DNA from: Cirrosporium novae-zelandiae | Taxonomy: Eukaryota | DNA: 64,000 bases | Assembly: GCA_026023565.1 (NCBI GenBank) | Contig: JAPETS010000005.1 | Coordinates: 310,001-374,000, forward strand | Direction: 5' to 3' | Part shown: positions 54,531 to 64,000 of the stretch, in pieces | Layout of the letters: each line of letters begins with the position of its first letter | How positions within the stretch are numbered: the first letter of the stretch is position 1 | The notes under the pieces: generated by a model | The model's database searches: none | What the model saw: only the letters and a program-made list of their open reading frames with translations | Told to the model about the DNA's origin: nothing | Made by a program: the position numbers and the translations under genes

Positions 54531-55559
54531 ATGGAGTATCCTCTCTACAATTGCTCATTCGTGATTCATCGCCTCTCACCTCTCTATCATGGAGTTAAAG
54601 ATATTTTTGACCCTACTACTTTGCAACAATATGCTTCCCGCTTAAAGCATGTTCTCAAAGGTGGCACTCTTCGAGGAGTACAAGTGGGCTTTTTAGGAAA
54701 CGATGAAGGTCTAGCAAGAGCTGGATCTTTTCGAGATTGTCAATGGAAGCCTTTGCTTAGTAAATATTTCTGGCAGGAGCAGCAGAGAAGGAGAGAAGGG
54801 GTGCAAAATGAGAGTCAAGCAGAAGACATGGAGACTCCAGAAGAGCAGAGAAGAGGGTTGTTGATAGAATTGCAATATGAAAAAAACCTTTACAAAGCCA
54901 TATTGCTCCAGCACTCCTCGCCTCCCGATGTCATCAACGATTCACATTTTACTCGGTTTCCCGTCCTCCTAACTCGCATGCCTGGTCCTCTGTGCAAAAC
55001 ATTTCTCAATTATCTCTCAAATACGTTCGACACTCGTATCTCAGTCATGAGTTTATCGTCTCAGTTTATGAGCACAATGCTAGAACAGTATCTTGAGGAT
55101 ACAAGCTCATCACAGTCTTCAATTGTCTTCCAGAGTGTTGTTCGCACTCTCCAACTCACGATCTCATTCCCGCCCCCCATTTCTCCATCACTTAAAAGCC
55201 TTGACATTACCATTCCAAAAGAAGATATAATAGGCTTCAAGAAAGCTGGCAGAAGGTTAAATCAAGTAGAACGCGCAGGCATAGGTCCAACAATGGGCGA
55301 TTTCACAACAGCTCTATCCGCATACATTGATAATACACTATCCATGTCTTTGAAAGCCAACAACGAAAACATCAGGATCTCCAAAATTGCCTGCGGAGGC
55401 TTCGTAATAGTCGGCGAAGGACGAATAAAACTCTTATCACATACAGCCCCTGATTCCGACGATGAAGATGATCCCATCCACGAAGCTACCATAAAGCTTG
55501 TTGATTTGTTGATTGAAAAGGCTATGGAAAATCTCGAAATAGGTGTTACGGATACGTGA
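54531..55559 (+). CDS. Kinetochore Sim4-complex subunit CENP-L/Fta1-like
   Basis: YPLYN.SF..HRLSPLY, LRGVQVG, FPVLLTRMP, FLNYLSNTFD, ISKIACGGFV...EGRIKL. Assignment from recalled motifs. Confidence 0.75.
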   Translation: MEYPLYNCSFVIHRLSPLYHGVKDIFDPTTLQQYASRLKHVLKGGTLRGVQVGFLGNDEGLARAGSFRDCQWKPLLSKYFWQEQQRRREGVQNESQAEDMETPEEQRRGLLIELQYEKNLYKAILLQHSSPPDVINDSHFTRFPVLLTRMPGPLCKTFLNYLSNTFDTRISVMSLSSQFMSTMLEQYLEDTSSSQSSIVFQSVVRTLQLTISFPPPISPSLKSLDITIPKEDIIGFKKAGRRLNQVERAGIGPTMGDFTTALSAYIDNTLSMSLKANNENIRISKIACGGFVIVGEGRIKLLSHTAPDSDDEDDPIHEATIKLVDLLIEKAMENLEIGVTDT

Positions 55560-56424
55560 GGGAAATATAGGATGTGGTCCAATTGAAGGCGTTCGAGTTT
55601 ACCAGAGATGGAAAGTACCTTAGGTTATCAGGAGATTGGCATGTTAAGAATACACATTGATATAGTAAAATTCATAATCCACAGGAGCTGATATTTCATG
55701 AAAATGTTCAAAGTATGAACTCAAAAGTAACGTCAATTAAATTAATCTACTTAGTATCTACCTAGATAGATATCTATCTACTCGAGTAGCAGTTGTGGTG
55801 GTCTACTGGCTTTTCCAGCTTCATCGGCTCGCTCCGAACCGTTCCCCCGGAACCCCTCCACATCCAAATTTAGCGAAACCACCAAACCTCGCACCCCTAC
55901 CCCACAAATCAAATATATCATCGCCATCTCTACATCTTTCGACTTCCAGCAACTACCCTATCTTTTTCTCCGCCTTCAGAACCTAGGTTTAGGCTACTTT
56001 CATCTTAATACTCCTGTCCCAGCTCCCAATACGCCCCAGAATGTGTTCCTACTCGAGAAGAACGGATGACCTTATGGGAGGGGTAGAAAGTGGGACAGTG
56101 ACATTTATGATAACGGGATGAAGCGCTTATTCTCGGTTGAGAGACATTTCACTAGTTGTTACGAAAGGGCATCAGCCGGACTATGTCTGAGAGGAGTGGT
56201 GAGTTTCTGGGCTTAAAAGGAGGGGGGCGCCCTTTCTCTGAAGGACACCATATCCAAGTCAGGGCTTCAATTTAAAGTTTCTATCAAGATCCAACTGTTT
56301 GCGATAGTCAAAGCTACCTTGTTTGCTTTGTTTACCCTCAGACCTACAATCTGTAGGACAAAGACCAGAACAGCACTAAACCTCCAAGTAGCCAATTTGA
56401 TTTTCTACCGGGCGAACAGACATA

Positions 56425-57110
56425 ATGGACTTTCAGGAAAAGCACCCTTATTATATTCGCCTAGCTACAGAAGCTGGTATATAAACTCCTTCCTTGGCTT
56501 TCAAACTATGTTTGTTCTCTTGTTTGGAGACCGCAGACTTTGGAAGCCTATGATGCTGACCACTTCTCCCATCCAACTAGATGTCTCCACAATCCTTACC
56601 TTCATCAAAGACCTTGCCTCCTATGAGAAATGTCTCCATCTCGTTGAGGCAACGGAAGAATTGCTCCTCAAAAGCCTTTCATTTCCTTCTAGCCCTGATA
56701 AAGGCTATGCCAAAACCTTTTTAATTATCGCCCCTGATGACCCATCATCTAGCACTACAAATGGTTCGATCAATGGCACTTCTACGAAGGAGCATCCTGC
56801 CGGAATGGCCATGTACTACACTACGTACTCGACCTGGCAGTCCGCACCTGGCGTTTACCTAGAAGATCTTTACGTGGATAAGAGGTATCGAGGTCGTGGG
56901 TACGGAAAGGCCTTGCTTTCGGCGTTGGCCAAGGAGACCCAGAGGATTGGAGGTAGGAGATTGCAGTGGAGTGTGCTAGATTGGAATGCAAATGCTAGAG
57001 GGTTTTACAAGGAGATGGGAGGCCGCGAATTAAGCGAATGGGTGGGAGTGAGGGTCGAGGGGGATAAGTTGGAACGGTTAGCAAACATGTGTGAAGATGC
57101 GAAGAAGTAG
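56425..57110 (+). CDS. GNAT N-acetyltransferase (SSAT/Ats1-like)
   Basis: Exon 1 MDFQEKHPYYIRLATEA, intron 56477-56580, IKDLASYEK, YSTW, YLEDLYV..YRGRGYGK, WSVLDWN..A..FY. Confidence 0.9.
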
Positions 57111-57380
57111 GAAGGCATGACGAAACTAGAGATTTTAGAAGAGGCAATTTGAATTTTGGGAGGACCTCAAGTCAGCATATTCTTATCAATGCCTAGATAA
57201 AATTGTACCTATTTTCCACCTGCGCATACAGGATTTCAGGCAACATTTTGCTTTCGACTAAAATCGTCCTTCATAACTAAGATACTATAAAGATCTCCCA
57301 ATAAGTTAACACTTACTGTTCTAACGATTTAATAGTTTGCATTTTGTTGCTCCCGAAATCTAGCTAACTGTATAGTACTT

Positions 57381-58973
57381 TCAGATAGACGCAGTGCCTA
57401 TCTCCCTTTTTAGCATACCACAGAAACTCTCAAAAATTACACTATCATTTCCCTTTAGCCACCTCACATATATCTCACTGTCTTCGGGTCTCTCTTTTGT
57501 TGATGATAACTGGATCTTTACACCAAGAGCTGCGTCCTCGTTATTCCAATTATCAGAATGACCAGACTGAGGATCCCTAATGCGTCGACGGGCCCCGCGG
57601 CTCCATAGGTTTTTTTCGAAGAAAGCAAGGAGTATCAGAGACGCGGGGACCCATTCGGCATGAAACAATGGAGATTTGAAGTCCATAAGGACGCGAAGAT
57701 TTGCAAATGTTTTAGAGAGCGAAATTGAAAATAAAGTGAAGCTATAGGACGGAGGAAATGGAAGATGGTGTTTTTGTAGGCCAGTAATATTCCTCGATAC
57801 TGTCGTGGGTGGTCTCCAGTCATCCCATGACCATGCAATCGCCCATCTTCTTGTCTTATTTCCTTGTATAAATTCCGTAGCTGCCCAGTTAGCAATTCCT
57901 ACCGATTTAAGCTTTTCAATGATGGCAGAGACACTGCTGAGCTTGCCAAGCATAGAGGTATACCATTGCACCCGACCGCGGAGTATCACACTTTCATCAA
58001 TCATACGAGAGACAAAAGCAATTTCCCCGCCAGGATAGATCATTTCAATAGGAGAGCCAGTGCATGCCGAGAAGGGAGGTCGCGATTTTTCTTTTGCAGA
58101 AGAAAGCATTTCATCCTGGGAGGTATAAAAAGGCGGATTGCACATTGTAAAATCAATCTTCTCGAAACCAAGGACGTCGAGAGGAATGAGAGGGCCATCC
58201 GCTTCGTTCTTCATGGGACGAATACGGGATTTGAGATTATTCTGGCGGATATTTGAGCTTGCACATTCTAGGCTCTTTTCATCGAGTTCTAGTGTCAAGT
58301 TAAGCAGAATTCTACTAGAGAGGGCACATGGTGGAAGCGATACCAGTAGCGACAAATCTCCATTTCGATCGTAGACTACATCCGAGGAGAGGATATATAC
58401 AGCTTGCACCTGTTCCTATATCTAGACCGGTGACATCTCTTTTGGGATCATATTGGTCGCTAGATCCGTTGTTTGTTGTATCTAGTAGATCCTGGAGCCA
58501 AAGAATGTAGTTCAGACTAATATCGACCCCAGCATCAATTATGAAAACTTTATAGTCGGTCGGATGAAAACATACCGATTAGGGACCTAGTGAGCCATCA
58601 GGACATTGGTTCCTTTATTTTCTTCAAGAAAACCTCACAGGTGGGCATAATCGATCAGGTGGCAACTTAATAATTATCTTAAAGTCTCTCTTAAGTAGGC
58701 TCTTGGTGAGCTGTCTGGACATAGCTTCAGATTGACATTCTCTGATCCAACGCCAAAGAGAGGAATTTATTGAATGTTTACATACTGGACTGCTTCTGGG
58801 TTACTGAAGTCCAGCTGGCCATTGGATTTCATACTGAGGGGAGATATAGGTCAGAATGAATAGGAAGTAGAGGGGCGTTACAAAGGTGCTCACTGTTTGG
58901 CAAAATCACGATCGTGCAGAGCGAGGACAGCGAAGTCAATATCATTTTTATATATGTTTCTTATCGAATCCAT
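57381..58973 (-). CDS. METTL16/RlmF-family RNA m6A methyltransferase (U6 snRNA)
   Basis: Spliced DRLCPPVPNRLNYILW, GLDIGTGASCIYPLLG, FTMCNPPFY, GGEIAFV, WYTSMLGK, QGNKTRRWAIAWS; five introns. Confidence 0.9.
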
Positions 58974-59488
58974 TACTGCGTACTGTGTATTGTGTATGGT
59001 GCGGGTGAGGAATGAAGGATGGAGGGTGGGGGTGGGGGGATTAGGTAATAATTGTAGTTTGAACAGTTTAAATTTCTACTTGTTAGTTACAGTCCTATGG
59101 CACACGATAAAAACTGAGACTCAGTTCAGCCTTATATACGGAATGACGTCGTTATGTCATTTCCAAGTCTCTCCTGATCAGCCTTTCCAAGATCGGTTCT
59201 TTCCCCCCCGCTCAGGGCACGTAACTAATTACACAGTACTGGCTGTCAGCTTGGCGCGCGCAATGCAGTGGTTCCAGCTTGAGAGTAGGCACCCATTGCA
59301 TCAAACAACAAATAGAAAAGGCCCTAGCCTCAGACAATAATTCCATTCATCTTTCCTCTACAAAGTATACATTTTATTATTCAACGTGTTACATTATAGG
59401 TCCACTTCCTTCTATACACAGTAAAAACACACGTACTACATCATCACAATTGGCGGTGTTGAACTCAATCTCACCATCTCACAACGTT

Positions 59489-62404
59489 ATGTCGTCAACA
59501 AAGAGTGACAATGAACCTCGTAAATTATTTGGTGGGCTGAGGGACAAACTAAAGGGCATTGTATATTGTATTCAATCTTAATGTTTCATATTAGCTAACA
59601 AATGCCAATCAAGATACCCATATTTACGATGCCAAAGTCAAAGTCATTCATTTAAGGCAGAAAATTGGCAAGTTTGCCAACATTGTTAATCCCAACCACC
59701 GTCACGATGAAGCCCACGAAAAAGCCACCGATGAGAAACGTTCTAAGATCGCAGAGAACCATCGATTCGAATCGTTCGCGCCAGAGCGACCTGGTAATAA
59801 AATCAAGTGGTATGTAGATGGACTAGACTACTTTTGGGCCGTCTCGGTTGCTCTCGAAAGAGCCAAAGAGACCATCTACATTGAAGATTGGTGGCTTTCC
59901 CCAGAATTATTTCTGAGACGGCCCCCTTATTACAGCCAAGAATGGAGACTAGATCAGGTACTGAAGCGGAGGGCTGAAGCAGGAGTCAAGATTTACGTAA
60001 TCGTCTATAAAGAAGTACGTCTCCTACTTTCGACGCTTTTATTCTTGGCTATGTCCTGGTATTAATCCATGAGCGTAGGTCACTGCTGCTATAACGTGCA
60101 ACAGTTCTCACACGAAACATGCACTTCAAGAGCTATGCCCTGAGGGTACACCCGGCCATGGGAATATACGAGTAATGAGGCATCCGGATCATAATATCTT
60201 CGAAAATGCTGGAGACATGACTTTCTACTGGGTTAGTAATATAAATTCTGCCATTGTTATCGATGGCTAATTTACTTTTCAGGCACACCACGAGAAATTC
60301 ATTGTCATTGACTATGAACTTGCGTTCATTGGAGGGCTTGATCTATGTTTTGGAAGGTGGGATTCTAGACAACATCCGCTGGCGGATGTTCACCCAGCTG
60401 GTGTCCAAAGCGAAGTCTGGCCGGGCCAAGATTTCAATAACAACCGAATCATGGATTTTCAGAGTGTTAACGATTGGAAATCAAACGAACTGAGCAAGGC
60501 TGATTATGGTCGAATGCCATGGCATGATGTTGCAATGGGTGTAATTGGACCTTGCGTTTATGATATTGCAGAGCATTTCATCCTTCGATGGAACTTCGTG
60601 AAGCGGGATAAGCATAAAAGACAAGCTGAATACCCCTGGCTTACTTTGCAAGGACGCGAAGGCGAAGATGAAGACCTTGTGGCAGTACAAAGGCCAAAGC
60701 ATCCTGTTGGAGGATATATCAACCACCCGCTAACCCCCCTGGACTCTAAACCCCTGAAGGATCAAGGTAGCGTTCAGGCGCAGGTTGTTCGAAGCAGCGC
60801 CGATTGGAGTAGCGGTATCCTTGTCGAACACAGCATTCAAAATGCATACTCAGAGATTATTCGAAACGCTCAGCATTATGTCTACATCGAAAATCAATTT
60901 TTCAGTGAGACTAACTTATCTTCAGATGGCGTCAATTTGCTAACACTTCCCAGTCACGGCTACCGGGGAAAAACAAGCACCAATCCACAATACCATAGGG
61001 CGTGCAATTGTTGACGCTTGCGTTCGTGCCGGAAAGGAGGGTCGTAAGTTTCGAGTAATTATCATCATTCCTGCTATTCCAGGCTTTGCTGGTGATCTGC
61101 GAAGTAATGCTGCTGCTGGCACTCGAGCAATCATGGATTATCAATACAAGTCTATCAACCGGGGCGAAAACTCGATTAAAGAACAAATTCGGGCTCAGGG
61201 TGTTAACCCGGATGGTGAGTTGGTCGACGATCGACTAGTTATAGCAACTGACAATCCCTAGACCATATTTTTATATTCAATCTGCGCTCTTATGATCGTT
61301 TGAATAAGACCCCAGCTTTGAAACGGCAAGAGGAAAGGACTGGAGTAACATATCAGCAACTCCAACGAGCAGAAGCAGAGGAAATTATGGGTACTGGTAT
61401 CCATGGCACAAAAGGTGAAATCGAAGACAAGGATGCAGAACAGGGAGATGTATCTGGCGATGAGATGCGTGAAGAGCTCATTGATCGGAAACGCCGTTTC
61501 GAAGCAGGTCGTGAAGAAGCCGAAGCCCAAGGAGGACCCCAAGGTACCGATACCATCGCAGAAGATGCAATGATTGGTGGAGGGCTTGTCTCTGAGGAGA
61601 AATGGGACGGAGAGCCTGAAGAAGAGACCGAGAATTTTGTCCAGGAGGAGTTATATGTGCACGCGAAACTCCTAATTGCCGATGATAAGGTCGTGATTTG
61701 CGGAAGTTCGAACATCAATGACAGGGTTAGTGGTATGTTTATTTAACAGAAACGCTTACTAATGTCACTACTAGTCTCAACTTGGTTTTCATGACAGTGA
61801 ACTGTCTATTGTTATGGAAGACACAAATACTATTGATAGCACCATGGATGGACAACCATACAAGGCTGGCCACCATGCAGCAACGCTCCGCAGACATTTA
61901 TGGAGAGAACACCTTGGCCTGATCGAGGCACAAGAGCTGGACGCGTCCAAAGACCCTAATGCTCAGCCACCCAACGATTGCCCCAATGATCTGCGAGAAG
62001 GGAAATGGTATGAATTCGTTACCGATCCTTTGAGTGACCAGGTTTGGGATATGTGGACTGGAAATGCAACAAGAAATACCGAAATATTCAGGGAACTCTT
62101 CCGTGCTGACCCAGACGATCATAGTATGCCTCGCCCTTGTCCCTTCTTTTTTCTTACACTCGCTGCGGGACTTTGCTAACAATGAGCAGTCAAAACATTC
62201 AAGGACTATGAAAATTTCTTGCCTCATACAGATCTAAAACAAGGCCACCTATTCGACCGTTTTAGACCGGTAGCAGAAGTTAGAGCAAAACTTGATCAGA
62301 TTAAGGGCCACCTTGTATGGATGCCATTGGATTTCCTGCGAGATGCCGAAATGGCGGAGGTTGGCCTACAGGTGAATACATATACCGAGAGTATATACAC
62401 ATAG
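59489..62404 (+). CDS. Phospholipase D (two HKD motifs)
   Basis: HRFESFAP, IKWYVDG.DYF, WWLSPELFLRRP, WAHHEKFIVID, RMPWHD, YIENQFF, YVHAKLLIADD..ICGSSNINDRS; multi-exon. Confidence 0.93.
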
Positions 62405-63599
62405 TTGTTAGATCAGACACAGTTTCATGAGGTCTAGAATTGGGGTCAATAATGCACGCTATGCATGTAAGCAAGGCTGACTCTAATCTCAATTGGGTAG
62501 AAAGGTGAGGCATTCGTGCTCGGGATTCCTAGATTGTGAACGGTGCAGGTCTTACCATGCTTGATTTTATTTTGATGGTTTTTTGTTGCAAACCATTTAC
62601 AAAGCGAGATCATCTCCACTCTTAATTCATCGATCTCAAGTTCACCTTAAATAAGCGGTGATCGCCGGCTTCTTCGGGTTCCTATCACGTCTCATCTAAG
62701 TTTTGGAGCGTTGAAGAATTTAAACCGTGAACTTGCCGAATGCAAGATCTTTGTATCCGTTTTGCATGCTCGATATGACTGGGATCACAATGCCCATAGC
62801 CACAGGCCGAGTTTGAAGATTCGGTGTTAAGAGGGTATGCATGAGCACGGACGACTGAGTAGTTCCAGTTTTCAACCGTTGGCAAGCCGACTCCTTGTTT
62901 TGTGTTACCTTGAACTTTCAGCCTATAGGGCAAATTTAATGTACCTTGCCAAGCTTTGTGTCTGGCAATTTGTTTAACGAAACCAAACCTATGAGACATG
63001 TGACATGAGAGAGCAGAAAAAATAACTAGATGCTGATGATCTCTCGGTCACTAATCTATACATCTCCAGTCAGCAAAATATACCGGCAAGAGGCACAACT
63101 ACGGTGACAAGACCTCGGGATATAAACAAATGGCTGTTCAACCCTGGTCGGTAATACAAGCATCTTGTCATTCACGAGGTTGTGTAGTACCTAGAGTTGT
63201 GTGGGTCTGTTGTTTTAGGAGTGTTCCAATTCTATGGCTTCAAGGTATACAGGACGCCTTGTTAATGCACCTTGCCACTATCAAATGAATGGCTGGAATG
63301 CGGCTCTTTAATCAATCTGTGCTTGGTCTGAAATTCTATAGGGTCCCGATCCTTGCCAGGTACGTGGGTAACAGTGCAGGCGTCTGAGTTCTTGATTTCA
63401 TGAATATCATTGAATGATATTCAATGGCTTATAGACATTGGCCCCAGTTGTTCGGTGTATTCGGCCCTTTGCCTAATGCTCCATAGCTATTTCCCAATTG
63501 AAATTGACCACCTCTGCCGATTCCGCGAAGTATACATGCACCAAATCGATTCACCTAGACCACGGGAGATACCTTACCCTAAAACAGACCTGGGCAAAT

Positions 63600-64000
63600 C
63601 TAAGACATAATCTGATATTCACAGTCTTGCGGCATCATATCATTGACAGGTAGAATATCCATAGGACAGGCTGATAGCACTATCACCAAATCCATCTCCG
63701 CCTTCAACACCACATGCTGGCCCTTCTTACTGACTGGAGCCTCAAATCGCAGGTTACCTCCTTTTGCTATAGGGATGTTCATAAATAGGTTTAGTGGGGC
63801 GGGCGTAGTCTCGATAGTAATCCCTACTTCCCCTAACGCTTTGTTCAGATTATCGGTACAACTGTCGTGAAACCCCTGAACTCCCAAATTCTGGTACCGA
63901 TATTTATCACAGGCAGCGATCAGTGTGTCATGCATGCCGGGAGTTGTATCCTCGATAAATTCTAACATTGGTTCACGGAAGTTGCTGACAAGGATATCAC
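63600..64000 (-). CDS. DUF1989 / urea-carboxylase-associated family protein (5' part lies outside the window)
   Basis: HDTLIAACD, SCTDNL, PLNLFMNI, GQHVVLKAEMDLVIVLSACP.D. Confidence 0.85.
   Translation of the reverse strand, partial: DILVSNFREPMLEFIEDTTPGMHDTLIAACDKYRYQNLGVQGFHDSCTDNLNKALGEVGITIETTPAPLNLFMNIPIAKGGNLRFEAPVSKKGQHVVLKAEMDLVIVLSACPMDILPVNDMMPQDCEYQIMS

Noticed and set aside
55763..55789. TAGATAGATATCTATCTA palindrome
   Set aside because: Low-complexity TAGA/TCTA microsatellite-like sequence.
57381..58973. Methyltransferase related to psilocybin PsiM as a possible biosynthetic cluster
   Set aside because: It has canonical METTL16 motifs (NPPFY) and housekeeping neighbours, with no decarboxylase, kinase or P450 nearby.
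59555..59613. Possible third GC-AG intron (phospholipase D intron 1)
   Set aside because: An in-phase GT donor (GTATTC, 46-nt intron) is also available, so it cannot be resolved without RNA data.
63401..63423. 11-1-11 AT-rich palindrome
   Set aside because: Short and AT-rich with no supporting context.
62500..63590. Possible small or degenerate gene between PLD and DUF1989
   Set aside because: No consistent spliced frame or recognisable motif could be built.

Overview
Gene-dense, intron-rich eukaryotic DNA from a filamentous ascomycete (Pezizomycotina-type genes, short spliceosomal introns with CTRAY branch points). About 27 protein-coding loci can be reconstructed by splicing the ORF fragments. 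They include adenine deaminase, two cupins, a GPI wall protein, an OSGIN-like flavoprotein, RPS18, PPT1, TOK1, a mitochondrial K+/H+ exchange-related protein, JEN1, AVL9, HOG1, cullin-1, glycogen phosphorylase, a group III G-alpha, CENP-L, a GNAT, METTL16, phospholipase D and a partial DUF1989 gene. No transposon, tRNA, rRNA or CRISPR was recognised. The three most notable observations are as follows. (1) A nitrate-assimilation pair is decaying: nitrite reductase is a pseudogene (frameshift, TGG>TGA, and many C>T/G>A changes at conserved residues), while the adjacent nitrate reductase is still in frame and keeps NirA/NIT4 sites upstream. (2) A spliced secreted precursor missed by the ORF track has a dibasic-flanked Ala/Thr core with 11-residue T-x-x-N-x7 repeats, the spacing of type I antifreeze peptides. 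(3) There are GC-AG introns, orphan Cys-rich secreted proteins and a perfect 14-bp hairpin. Gene names come from recalled motifs, not database searches.
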